DNA of 37,430 bases from a virus (taxonomy: Duplodnaviria; Heunggongvirae; Uroviricota; Caudoviricetes). The notes beneath the pieces are model-generated. The model was not told where the DNA came from and did not search any database. It was given only the letters and a program-made list of their open reading frames with translations. The translations under genes were made by a program, and so were the position numbers. Each line of letters starts with the position of its first letter. Positions within the stretch are counted from its first letter, which is position 1. This document shows positions 26,289 to 35,278 of the stretch, one piece after another. The stretch lies in the IMG/VR virus record IMGVR_UViG_2585427768_000010; one strand, written 5' to 3'.

Positions 26289-26753
26289 TCACGCCGCCCT
26301 CACGATATAGTTAAACGCGATATTGCGGGGGCGGGTTATGTTAAAGAATGCTCCGTTTAATTCGGCTTTTGCGCGACTGTTTGTTCCACCCAGTATTGCG
26401 TACCACAAATAATCGCTACGGTAATTCCCCGCAAACACCTTATCGCCGCCATAGTCAATATTATTTCCGTTACTCATGTACGAGATATCAAGCGCAGAAT
26501 CGTTATCGTCATGACCGCCGACCAGTGTACCTTTCTGCCATGAAAGCAACTTACGCCCCTCGTCAATCTTGCGCCCGTCGTCCCATCCACGGATAAACTC
26601 ACCGCGTAAATCGGGAAGACGGAGGGTCGGGTAGACTCTGGCCAGAACAGGATATTGTTCTTTGGTGAACGTAGCTCCGTTGCACTGTAACCAGCCTGCT
26701 GGCGGTGTGGCGGTGGGCCATGGAACCGGTACACCAACAGGCAATGCAGAGCC
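26289..26753 (-). CDS. Alternative tail-fibre C-terminal cassette 2 (promoterless, about 155 aa; expressed only after inversion)
   Basis: Begins inside inverted repeat copy B in frame with the H constant region (LGEGSALPVGVPVPWPTATPP); ends RPRNIAFNYIVRAA like H. Confidence 0.65.
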   Translation of the reverse strand, partial: GSALPVGVPVPWPTATPPAGWLQCNGATFTKEQYPVLARVYPTLRLPDLRGEFIRGWDDGRKIDEGRKLLSWQKGTLVGGHDDNDSALDISYMSNGNNIDYGGDKVFAGNYRSDYLWYAILGGTNSRAKAELNGAFFNITRPRNIAFNYIVRAA

Positions 26754-26767
26754 TTCCCCCAAACCAA
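26580..26767 (-). repeat. Tail-fibre recombination repeat, copy B (inverted)
   Basis: Reverse complement matches 25151-25330 with a diverged central patch. Confidence 0.8.
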
Positions 26768-26779
26768 CGTTTTTATGCC
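26754..26779. other. Invertase crossover site B
   Basis: TTCCCCCAAACC-AA-CGTTTTTATGCC. Confidence 0.5.
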
Positions 26780-27225
26780 GCCCTTACGATATAATTAAAG
26801 GCAATATTACGAGGACGGTTTTCATTAGCTGTTGGCACGACACGAGAGGCGTCGAATCCAAGGTCATCGGTTTTGTCTATAGTAGTTGTGTTATTCGGCA
26901 TTCTCGCTGATCGTGTTCCTGCATCGTAAAAAGCCCCTCTGATTGCATCAAAAGACATACCGATCCCGCCATCTGCGAATCCCTCAATATTTCTTATTGC
27001 ATCCCCCTGTGAAGATAATAATTGTCGCCCGGCATCCACACCACGTCCGTCATCCCAGCCACGAATAAATTCACCGCGTAAATCGGGAAGACGGAGGGTC
27101 GGGTAGGCTCTGGCCAGAACAGGATATTGTTCTTTTGTAAAGGCGCGCCCGTCGCACTTTAACCAGCCTTCTGGCGGTGTGGCGGTGGGCCACGGAACCG
27201 GTACACCAACAGGCAATGCAGAGCC
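26773..27225 (-). CDS. Alternative tail-fibre C-terminal cassette 3 (promoterless, about 150 aa)
   Basis: Begins inside inverted repeat copy C in frame; different variable region; ends RPRNIAFNYIVRAA. Confidence 0.65.
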   Translation of the reverse strand, partial: GSALPVGVPVPWPTATPPEGWLKCDGRAFTKEQYPVLARAYPTLRLPDLRGEFIRGWDDGRGVDAGRQLLSSQGDAIRNIEGFADGGIGMSFDAIRGAFYDAGTRSARMPNNTTTIDKTDDLGFDASRVVPTANENRPRNIAFNYIVRAA

Positions 27226-27239
27226 TTCCCCCAAACCAA
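27060..27239 (-). repeat. Tail-fibre recombination repeat, copy C (inverted)
   Basis: Reverse complement nearly identical to 25151-25319. Confidence 0.8.
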
Positions 27240-27251
27240 CGTTTTCGTTTT
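27226..27251. other. Invertase crossover site C
   Basis: TTCCCCCAAACC-AA-CGTTTTCGTTTT, close to hix core AAACCAAGGTTTT. Confidence 0.5.
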
Positions 27252-27305
27252 TATCCCTACCTATACCAACTCTGTATTTTTCACGAAACAAAGAGGATGT
27301 TTTTT

Positions 27306-27905
27306 ATGCAAATTGGCTATATTCGTGTGTCAACAAACGACCAGAACACGGATTTACAACGCAATGCACTGAACTGCGCAGGATGTGAACTGATTTTTGA
27401 AGATAAAATCAGCGGAACGAAATCAACCAGACCGGGATTGAAAAAACTGCTCAGAACGCTATCAGAAGGAGATACGCTGGTTGTCTGGAAGCTGGACAGA
27501 CTGGGCAGAAGTATGAAACACCTGATCACGCTTATTGAGGAATTGCGGGAAAAAGGTGTTAATTTCCGTAGTCTGACGGACAGCATTGACACGTCAACAC
27601 CCATGGGGCGTTTCTTTTTTCACGTCATGGGGGCTTTAGCCGAAATGGAACGTGAATTAATTGTAGAGCGTACACTGGCCGGGCTGGCAGCAGCACGCGC
27701 ACAAGGACGCATTGGCGGACGTCGCCCGAAGTTGACAAAAGAACAACACGAGCAAATAGCGAGGCTGATTAAAAACGGTCATGACAGGAAACAACTGGCG
27801 ATCATTTACGACATCGGCATATCGACGATTTATCGTTATCACCCTGTAGGCGATATACAGGCTGAAGAAACAACCAGACAGACTCAGGAAAATGAAAACC
27901 GCTAA
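27306..27905 (+). CDS. Serine DNA invertase, Hin/Gin/Cin/Pin family (199 aa)
   Basis: N-terminal resolvase catalytic domain (IGYIRVSTNDQ with catalytic Ser, VWKLDRLGRS) and C-terminal HTH (ISTIYRY); AGAGGA Shine-Dalgarno before ATG 27306. Confidence 0.9.
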   Translation: MQIGYIRVSTNDQNTDLQRNALNCAGCELIFEDKISGTKSTRPGLKKLLRTLSEGDTLVVWKLDRLGRSMKHLITLIEELREKGVNFRSLTDSIDTSTPMGRFFFHVMGALAEMERELIVERTLAGLAAARAQGRIGGRRPKLTKEQHEQIARLIKNGHDRKQLAIIYDIGISTIYRYHPVGDIQAEETTRQTQENENR

Positions 27906-27921
27906 TCTGACCATTAGCGGT
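27892..27921. terminator. Bidirectional hairpin terminator between invertase and U
   Basis: AAAACCGCTAAT-ctgacc-ATTAGCGGTTTT perfect 12-bp inverted repeat. Confidence 0.55.
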
Positions 27922-27931
27922 TTTGCGTTAA

Positions 27932-28426
27932 TCAAAACAGCCCTTTAACGGAGCTGGCCGCGCTGTTAAGAGATGATGTCACTTTATCTTTGAAGCCGGA
28001 CAGCATATCGCTGAACGATGAGGATTGCAGGCGCTCCCGCAAATCCTCATCACAGCGTTCAAGAGTCAGTGAAAATTCTATCTTTTTCGCCTTACCATAG
28101 CGATCAAACTCGGAACGGGTCGTATTCGTTTCAGTCAGTACATACATGCCGTAAATCTGCCCGACACCATCAATCAGAGGCCAGGGGCGTCCTGTATATG
28201 CCTGCGTGGTCAGCAACGAAAGCGACACTTCGCCACCTGTAATTTCAGGATAAAGCACGCCGGAAAGCACAATGCGATCATCACCTGCGCCGATATACTG
28301 CCAGCCTGCTGAACGGTTAACGCGTTCATTTTTCACATGCCGCCAGCTTTTGTTTTGCTGTAACTGCTGATGCGGCAGCGTGCGCAGCTCAAAAACAAAC
28401 ATGCCGTAGATCATCATCATGGCCAT
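27932..28426 (-). CDS. U: Tail protein U (164 aa)
   Basis: Position immediately downstream of tape measure; size like P2 gpU. Confidence 0.8.
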   Translation of the reverse strand: MAMMMIYGMFVFELRTLPHQQLQQNKSWRHVKNERVNRSAGWQYIGAGDDRIVLSGVLYPEITGGEVSLSLLTTQAYTGRPWPLIDGVGQIYGMYVLTETNTTRSEFDRYGKAKKIEFSLTLERCDEDLRERLQSSSFSDMLSGFKDKVTSSLNSAASSVKGLF

Positions 28427-28432
28427 GACTCC

Positions 28433-31249
28433 TCAATCTTTATCGTAAAAACTGCCCCGCCCGGCACGGGCGCGCCGTTCCATTTCTGCCCTAACCATTT
28501 CACCGACCAGTTTCGCCAGTTCGCGGGGATTCTGTGTAACAATGTTATGCAGATGAACATGAATTTCACCGCCAAATCCGGAGGCAACAGGCTCCCGGTT
28601 ACGGGAAGTTGCAGGAGCTGATGCCACTGGCGATCGTATGGCCTCCGCCACCGGGCGGGAGCTGGCCGCAACAACAGGGACCAGCGCCGGAGGCAGCGGA
28701 GCCGGAACCACGGGTGTGATATTAATTGCGGGGGCAGGCTTACTGACCTGCGCAATCTTCCGCTCCTGCCACTCCCCACGAACAGCAAGTGCGCGGGGCA
28801 GGTTCTTAAAGACAATATCGCCGGGGCCAATGCGTTTTTTCGTCTCATCAACCAGCTTACCTGTGTTATCAGCAATTTTGCTGAGTCTGCGCAGCGTCCC
28901 GGTATTGCTGTCTGTGAGCGGTTTGTTGTCTTTGGGTTTATCACCTCCGGTGCCATTGCCATTTTCCACAGGCTTCGGCGGATTGATTTTCGCCAGGTCC
29001 CCCTGAAGTAAGGCAACCTTGTCCTGAAGAATGGCCGCACGCTGTGCGTCTTCGATTTTCTTGCGCGCCCTTTCCGCTTCATCCGGAAGGACGCCAAGTT
29101 TTTCAAGTATCCACGCCAGCGTATCCAGTAGCATTTTTGCAGGTGTCAGAACAAGTTGTAACGCACCGCCAAGAACGTTACCGAATATCTCGCCAGCACT
29201 GGTACATTTATCCAGCGTTTCCTTGCTGGACTCCATCGGTGACAACAGCGATTTAAACCAGTTAAACACCTGGCTGATCCCGCTTCCGATTGCGTCAAAA
29301 ACAGGACCAAACCGTTCAAAGGTTTCGCGCAACGGGGTCAGCCTTTCCATAATCCCGCTGAACACCCCGGCAAAAAATGCCCTGATGGGATCCCAGTATT
29401 TCCAGATGAGAACGGCAGCTCCGGCAAGCGCAGCCACGATAAGACCGACCGGACTGAACAACGCCCCGATAGCGCCCCCCAGTAACGAAACGGAACCCGT
29501 CACCATTCCCCATAGTGCTGGCAGGAGTCTGACAGCATTCATTGAACCGGTCAGGAGGGAAAAGCCAAGACGCAGTTTTGCCAGCGGGCCAGCAAGCACA
29601 CCAATAGCCAGCGACAACGAGCCAACCGTTGCAGTCATTGCCAGCAACGCACCGCCTGCTATCAGTAGCTGGCGCGTCAGTACCGGATGGGCCTGCGCCA
29701 GCGAGGTGATTTTTTCAAGCACCCGCGTGAGCCACTGCGTGACAGAACGCAGCGGACCGTCAACCAGATCACTGATGCGAATACGAAGACCTTCCCATGC
29801 GCTGTCGAGATTTTTCAGGTCCCCATCAAGATTATCGGCCATTACTTTTGCGACGCGATCGGCCTCTCCCCTTGCCCCCTGCAATTCTCTGGTCAGTTTT
29901 TGCAGCTCTCCTGAACCAGCCGCAGCAACAAGCGTCTGCAAACCAACGAACGCCTCTTCTCCGGCGATGTCCTTGAAGAAGGAAACCTGGTCCACCTGTC
30001 CGTATTTTTGTGTCGCCTTATAGAGATCAAGCAGCACATCCTCCATCGGGCGCATTTTGCCTCTGGCGTCAGCAACTGACACCCCCAGCTCTTTCAGCGC
30101 ATCAGCCGCAGCTTTTGGCGGTGATGCAAGGCGGGACAGACTTGCGCGCATGGCCGTACCAGCATCGCTTCCACGAAGACCATTATTGGCAAGCATCCCG
30201 GCCATGGCCGCCGCTTCTTCAAGACTGATACCAAGTTTTGCGGCAACCGGACCGGTATACTTCATGGTTTCGCCCAGCGCGCGTAAATCAGTATTGGTCC
30301 GGGTGAATGCCGCTGTCAGCGTATCGCCAACCCGGTCCATTTGATCGGCTGTCAGGTTGAACTGTGTGAGGATATTGGAGCCTATATCCGCCGTCTCGCC
30401 GAGTTCGACGCCACCTGCCAGCGCCATATTAAGAACACCGGGCAATGCGGCCTGAATGGCCTGCGGAGTAAAACCAGCCATTGCCAGAAAGCTCTGCCCA
30501 CTGGCGGCATCACTCGCAGTAAACTGTGTTTCAGAGCCAAGTTTTAACGCCTGCTCACGCAGCGCCTTAAACTGCGGGCTGTTTTTGTCGATTCGCGTCA
30601 GTGCCTGAACGCGGGACATCTCTTTGCCGAACCCGATCGCAGGCTGCAAAAAACGCCCGGCAGCATAGCCGCCCGCCGCTGCCGCACCAATTGCCAGCGC
30701 ACCACCTGTTTTCAGTTTTCCCGCGGTTTCCTGCGCGCGCGAATACCGCTCACGCGCCCGCGTTACACGCGCAAGCGCCTGCCGTTCGCGTTCAAGCTGG
30801 TTGTTGTACTGTTCGGTGCGTCTGATGGCCTGCTGGATGGTGTTATCGCTGCCTGTCAGGGAAATGCCGTGGCGTTTCAGCTCTCCGCCAAGCTCCCGCA
30901 TTTTCTGAATTTCCCGTGTGCGCGATTCATTCAGGCGTTCAAGCCGGGTGCTTAACTGCTGCATCAGCTTTTGTTGTTTTTCGCTGAGCACTGTACCCGT
31001 GCGTTGTAACTGATTAAGGGCGTTAAGCTGGCGTCGTGCTTTCACGATACCCGCATCCGCTTTACTGACAGCGTCGCGGGCGCGCTCAAATGATCGCGCC
31101 TGACGCTCGAGATTTTTGATCGCCCCCTGCGTTCGCTGGATGGAGTCACCAAACTGCCCCATCAGGCGGCGGGCGTTTTCGGCAGGCCGGGTCAGCCTGT
31201 CAACGGCGCTGAAAGCGACCCGGATATCAAGAGTCTTCATTGTCTGCAT
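28433..31249 (-). CDS. T: Tail tape measure protein T (938 aa)
   Basis: Long, Ala/Gly/Leu-rich coiled-coil-like ORF downstream of E/E'. Confidence 0.9.
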   Translation of the reverse strand: MQTMKTLDIRVAFSAVDRLTRPAENARRLMGQFGDSIQRTQGAIKNLERQARSFERARDAVSKADAGIVKARRQLNALNQLQRTGTVLSEKQQKLMQQLSTRLERLNESRTREIQKMRELGGELKRHGISLTGSDNTIQQAIRRTEQYNNQLERERQALARVTRARERYSRAQETAGKLKTGGALAIGAAAAGGYAAGRFLQPAIGFGKEMSRVQALTRIDKNSPQFKALREQALKLGSETQFTASDAASGQSFLAMAGFTPQAIQAALPGVLNMALAGGVELGETADIGSNILTQFNLTADQMDRVGDTLTAAFTRTNTDLRALGETMKYTGPVAAKLGISLEEAAAMAGMLANNGLRGSDAGTAMRASLSRLASPPKAAADALKELGVSVADARGKMRPMEDVLLDLYKATQKYGQVDQVSFFKDIAGEEAFVGLQTLVAAAGSGELQKLTRELQGARGEADRVAKVMADNLDGDLKNLDSAWEGLRIRISDLVDGPLRSVTQWLTRVLEKITSLAQAHPVLTRQLLIAGGALLAMTATVGSLSLAIGVLAGPLAKLRLGFSLLTGSMNAVRLLPALWGMVTGSVSLLGGAIGALFSPVGLIVAALAGAAVLIWKYWDPIRAFFAGVFSGIMERLTPLRETFERFGPVFDAIGSGISQVFNWFKSLLSPMESSKETLDKCTSAGEIFGNVLGGALQLVLTPAKMLLDTLAWILEKLGVLPDEAERARKKIEDAQRAAILQDKVALLQGDLAKINPPKPVENGNGTGGDKPKDNKPLTDSNTGTLRRLSKIADNTGKLVDETKKRIGPGDIVFKNLPRALAVRGEWQERKIAQVSKPAPAINITPVVPAPLPPALVPVVAASSRPVAEAIRSPVASAPATSRNREPVASGFGGEIHVHLHNIVTQNPRELAKLVGEMVRAEMERRARAGRGSFYDKD

Positions 31250-31495
31250 TCCCGCTGCGAAGTGCCGCCCGCTCGCGCCAGCTAACCACTTCGCCGGGCG
31301 TCATCATGAAGATTTCGGCGGGCGACCAGTTAAAAATGGCGGCAATATCCGCCACCAGATCTTCGATGTGCTCAAAGCACACCAGGGTGATTACGCTGCC
31401 GTCTCCTGCACGCTCTTCGCGCCAGAGTCTGGCTCGCTCATAAAATTTACAGCCACAGCGCACAACCGAATAAAATCGCGTGACGACATTTTTTT
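31227..31495 (-). CDS. E' extension in the -1 frame (tape-measure chaperone frameshift product E+E')
   Basis: -1 frame opens at the A7 run (minus-strand 31489-31495) inside E and ends overlapping the T start, as for P2 E/E'. Confidence 0.55.
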
Positions 31496-31765
31496 AATCA
31501 TCACTTCATCCAGTCGTGGCGAGGTCACGCGAGGCAACAGCGTGAACATGGTATCCGCTTTCAGATTCAGCACATCAGACAGCGACAGACCACGCAGGGA
31601 TCCCGCCTGCTCAATAGCCCCGGTGATCTCCACATATGTGATTTTTTCGCCACCACGCTCAATTGGCCGGGAAAGTTTTACACCACGTTCGACAGCCATA
31701 TCCTCACCTGCCGTCACATCATCCGCTACGGTGTTATTCCGGGTTTCAGTATCGATATCTTTCAT
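31391..31765 (-). CDS. E: Tail assembly chaperone E (124 aa in zero frame)
   Basis: AAGGAGA Shine-Dalgarno; position between FII and T; contains slippery A7. Confidence 0.75.
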   Translation of the reverse strand: MKDIDTETRNNTVADDVTAGEDMAVERGVKLSRPIERGGEKITYVEITGAIEQAGSLRGLSLSDVLNLKADTMFTLLPRVTSPRLDEVMIKKMSSRDFIRLCAVAVNFMSEPDSGAKSVQETAA

Positions 31766-31820
31766 CAGTTGTCTCCTTTTCAGTCAGAGGCGACGCACTG
31801 CGCCGCCTGCATATTACTTA

Positions 31821-32333
31821 TCAGCCAAGCCCAAGCGCGGAACGAATGCGGTCAGGCACAATGTCCTTGCCGTCCTTCCGGTAGATGTGGTTCAACAGGT
31901 CGATTTCCAACAGCGGGCGATCGTTAACGCTCAGCTTGTAGTAGGTGTTTTTGACAGCGTAAGTGTGTGATGTGGCTTCGCCCTGTTTGGCCTCCCCCAT
32001 ATCAATTTCCGTCACACGCCCGCGCATCTCGATTTCATACAGATCGCTTTCTGCATCGGTGTAGTATTCACCCGCAAAACGCAGCAGCGTGCCGTCAATC
32101 GTGCCGCCATATTTAAGGAACAGCGCACGAACAGCTCCCCCCATAACAAAACTCGCATCAAGCGCGGAGTCGTCCAGACCGAGATCAATACTTACCGCCC
32201 CCATCATGCCACCACCACGATAGCTGTCGGTTTTGCGCGTCAGTTTGGGCGGCGTGACGGACGTCACCTTACCCACTTCGTTTTCACCATCCACAAACAG
32301 CGTAAAAAAGCGAAGATGTTTTGGTACAGCCAT
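31821..32333 (-). CDS. FII: Major tail tube protein FII (170 aa)
   Basis: Size and position after sheath. Confidence 0.85.
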   Translation of the reverse strand: MAVPKHLRFFTLFVDGENEVGKVTSVTPPKLTRKTDSYRGGGMMGAVSIDLGLDDSALDASFVMGGAVRALFLKYGGTIDGTLLRFAGEYYTDAESDLYEIEMRGRVTEIDMGEAKQGEATSHTYAVKNTYYKLSVNDRPLLEIDLLNHIYRKDGKDIVPDRIRSALGLG

Positions 32334-33517
32334 CAGGCACCTCCCAGCACCGCAAATGCGGGACCAAAGAATTCATCAGTAAACGACTGGTAAAGCTCCA
32401 TGTCTTCCAGCGGGGGAACAGGCGTATATTTGTAGCGAATACGCACGCGCCCCTGACGTAAATTCGTGGTGCCGTTATCCACCACGTCATACCAGCACGA
32501 CGCCCCAATCAGTTTCCCGGCAGTAACCAGTGAATCCAGTTTTGCCCTGATGGCACTGATAACATCTTTCACGTTCGCAGGCGTCAGTGGACTGTCGATG
32601 GTTTCAAACTGCGCTTCCGCAATTGAATCAGCCAGCACCTGTGCGGTTCGGGTATACACCTCAAAGATGTAGGCGTTCGTTTCCGGTGTGCGGTTGCCCC
32701 AGAAGCGGAACCCGTTGCGACGAATAATGGTCGTGATTTCTTTGTTGTTGAGGCTATTGGCATCGCTGTCTTCGGCCTGCAACGACCAGAACACATGCCT
32801 GGACATCCCCAGCACATTTTTAACCGGAACGTTGGACAGTGATTTGTGCCATCCCTGCTCATGGTCAATGTACGCACGAAGGCCGCACGCATAGGCAGGC
32901 GCGGGGAACGTTTCGTTTTTGCCACTTTTCGGGTTGTAGGCGATGAAGTCCGGCCATAAGAGCATCACCTCACGTTCGTTGAATTTCTGGCGGTAGGTAA
33001 TCGCCTCAGCCATCGTGTTACAGCCGTGACATGAGGCATACACAAACGCGCGCAGTTTACCCGCAATCACGCACAGGGATTTTGTCACCGCCTCCGTGTC
33101 CAGCTCCGGCGCGGCCAGAATACGCGGACGGTATCCGATGCTTTCATCCTGCTCTGCAACAAGCAGCGCATACATCCCCGTATAGCTGCCGTCAGATTCA
33201 GAACCACCGATAACCAGTTGATCCTGCGTCTTTCCGTCTTCTTCTTTGTGTTCAGCCACGCGAACGACGATCACCTTTGTGCTCACCTGGTCTGCGATGG
33301 CCTTAAGCGCACGATAAAGCGTCCCCGTTGTCCCGCATTTTCCCAGCACGTCATTGACGCGGGTCAGCAGTGTGGGCTTGTTCAGCGGGAACAGCTTCGC
33401 GTCCGCATCATCCGCCGTTGCCACGATACCGATAACGCTGGAATCAACATCGTTAATCGCTGTTACCAGGTCGGTATTTTCCGTAACACGGGCACCATGA
33501 AAACGAGTTTCACTCAT
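32333..33517 (-). CDS. FI: Tail sheath protein FI (394 aa)
   Basis: Size and position. Confidence 0.85.
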   Translation of the reverse strand: MSETRFHGARVTENTDLVTAINDVDSSVIGIVATADDADAKLFPLNKPTLLTRVNDVLGKCGTTGTLYRALKAIADQVSTKVIVVRVAEHKEEDGKTQDQLVIGGSESDGSYTGMYALLVAEQDESIGYRPRILAAPELDTEAVTKSLCVIAGKLRAFVYASCHGCNTMAEAITYRQKFNEREVMLLWPDFIAYNPKSGKNETFPAPAYACGLRAYIDHEQGWHKSLSNVPVKNVLGMSRHVFWSLQAEDSDANSLNNKEITTIIRRNGFRFWGNRTPETNAYIFEVYTRTAQVLADSIAEAQFETIDSPLTPANVKDVISAIRAKLDSLVTAGKLIGASCWYDVVDNGTTNLRQGRVRIRYKYTPVPPLEDMELYQSFTDEFFGPAFAVLGGA

Positions 33518-33525
33518 AGCTTTAG

Positions 33526-33620
33526 CCCCTTGTATCCGTTAAATGATTCGGCAACAATCATCACCCACCACGCGCGTAATCTCACCCCTGTGCCGTTCTC
33601 CCGATCCGGCGACAACAAAA
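33526..33620. promoter_or_regulatory. Candidate late-promoter elements in the FI/D divergent intergenic region
   Basis: CCCCTTGTATCCG and CCCCTGTGCCGTT...ACAACAAAAAG resemble the motifs in the P/O intergenic region. Confidence 0.4.
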
Positions 33621-33674
33621 AGCAGTAACCCCCTCCGCACGCACATGCGACCATGCCGCACAGGGAGGGAACAG

Positions 33675-34784
33675 ATGACCGATACCACCATGCAATTGCT
33701 CAGTCAGGGCACAGACCCCGTGAAAATGCCGGATTTTGATATTCTCGCGGAGGGTAAAACGCTGTCAGGCGTGGCAGAGCGCCTGATGAGCCTGTCACTG
33801 ACCGACAACCGGGGATTTGACGCGGACCAGCTCACCATCACGCTGGATGATGCGGATTGTCAGTTGCAGCTACCGCCACGGGGCGCGCGCCTGACGGTTC
33901 TCATTGGCTGGAAAGGAGAACCGCTGACAGAAAAAGGCACTTACATTGTTGATGAAATCGCTCACGAAGGACCGCCGGACAGGCTGACTGTTTCAGCCAG
34001 AAGCGCAGATTTTCGGGATGAATTTAACGTTAAACGTGAGGTGTCCTGGCATGATGTGACCGTTGAGCGTGTGGTATCCGCCATCGCTCATCGGTATGGT
34101 CTGAAACCGCAAATCAGCGAAATGCTGATGGATATCGAAATCGACCACGCCGACCAGACCGAAGAAAGCGACATGTCCTTCCTTACGCGCATGGCGGAAA
34201 TGCTGGGCGCAATCACCACGGTAAAAAGCGGTAATCTGTTATTCATTATGCCAGGCGGTGGCGTGAACGCACAGGGCCAGCCGTTGCCATCGTTCGCCAT
34301 CACGCGCAGCAGTGGCGATCGCCATCAGTTCCGCATTGCTGACCGCGAAGCGTATACGGGGGTACGCGCTTACTGGCTTGATCTTAATTACGGGAAAAAG
34401 AAAAAAGTCAGCGTGAAACACCGCAAACCGCCAAAACCCAAAAAGGAGAAAAGCAGCAGCCGTGAAGGTGATTATATGGAAGGCGCGGAAGGCAATGTGT
34501 TTGTGTTACGCAAGACTTATCAGAACGAGCAGGCAGCAAGACGCGCAGCGGCGGCAAAGTGGCAGCAGCTACAACGCGGAGCCGCATCATTCTCCATCAC
34601 GCTGGCATGTGGTCGTGCAGAACTCTACCCCGAAATGCATGGCACGGTAACAGGATTTAAAAGCGAGATTGATAATCAGGACTGGATTATTGCAAAAGCC
34701 GAGCACACCATCGATAACAGCGGCTTTACCACGCAGCTTGAGCTTGAGGCAAAAATCTCGGAATGGATAGCAGAAACAGAGTGA
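33675..34784 (+). CDS. D: Tail protein D (late control gene D, 369 aa from ATG 33675)
   Basis: GGGAGGGA Shine-Dalgarno before ATG 33675; position before ogr. Confidence 0.85.
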   Translation: MTDTTMQLLSQGTDPVKMPDFDILAEGKTLSGVAERLMSLSLTDNRGFDADQLTITLDDADCQLQLPPRGARLTVLIGWKGEPLTEKGTYIVDEIAHEGPPDRLTVSARSADFRDEFNVKREVSWHDVTVERVVSAIAHRYGLKPQISEMLMDIEIDHADQTEESDMSFLTRMAEMLGAITTVKSGNLLFIMPGGGVNAQGQPLPSFAITRSSGDRHQFRIADREAYTGVRAYWLDLNYGKKKKVSVKHRKPPKPKKEKSSSREGDYMEGAEGNVFVLRKTYQNEQAARRAAAAKWQQLQRGAASFSITLACGRAELYPEMHGTVTGFKSEIDNQDWIIAKAEHTIDNSGFTTQLELEAKISEWIAETE

Positions 34785-34826
34785 GCAACTTAGAATAGCA
34801 GCAGCACCACGTTAAGGGAGGTCGCT

Positions 34827-35087
34827 ATGTTCCGTTGTCCGCTTTGTGGCGCATCTGCCCGTATCCGCACCAGTCGTCCGGAAAATGATTCAAACACCGT
34901 GCGGCAAAAGTATTACCAGTGTAACAACCTGGAATGCGGCGTATGCTTCTCAACACTGGAAGCTTTCCATAAATTCACATCAAAACACACCTCCGGCGTT
35001 CACTCTTCAGAAGGTATCCCGTGGCATGAGCTGCCAGCTTCACACAGGGGAAACAATCAGATGAGTTTGCCTTTACCTCAGAATTAA
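34827..35087 (+). CDS. ogr: Late transcription activator Ogr (zinc-finger, 86 aa)
   Basis: MFRCPLCG...YYQCNNLEC four-cysteine pattern as in P2 Ogr (MFHCPLCQ...YHQCQNVNC); AGGGAGG Shine-Dalgarno. Confidence 0.85.
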   Translation: MFRCPLCGASARIRTSRPENDSNTVRQKYYQCNNLECGVCFSTLEAFHKFTSKHTSGVHSSEGIPWHELPASHRGNNQMSLPLPQN

Positions 35088-35278
35088 CAGGCAGAATTGC
35101 CGGAGTAACAAAAAAGCGATAGATTACGCGCGGGTGCCTTTCGGCTGATGGTCGGAGGGAATACCCGAAGGCCAGATGTGGAAAGGCCCCGGAAAACATT
35201 TCTGTTTAACCGAGGCCCTAACATATCTACCTTAAGCAAGTGATAGGTTAGCGCCTCTCCAACAAAGGAGCAAGCGCT

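Larger units (their letters stand above)
1..35100. mobile_element. P2-like temperate myovirus prophage (int through ogr); left attachment site is outside the window, right end approximate
   Basis: Colinear set of P2 homologues (int, repressor, A, Q, P, O, N, M, L, X, R, S, V, W, J, I, H, G, FI, FII, E, T, U, D, ogr) recognised from ORF translations; chromosomal tRNA genes and pgsA begin at about 36.4 kb. Confidence 0.85.

Noticed and set aside
29031-30023. 330-aa ORF on the plus strand
   Set aside because: Antisense to the tape measure gene T; Ser/Ala/Pro-rich composition typical of a reverse-strand artefact in GC-rich coding sequence.
27306-33674. Idea that the tail-fibre invertase also flipped the FI-to-U block
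   Set aside because: No hix-like crossover site or extended inverted repeat found at 27.9 kb or 33.5-33.7 kb; only a shared CCGTTAAA 8-mer, which is within chance.
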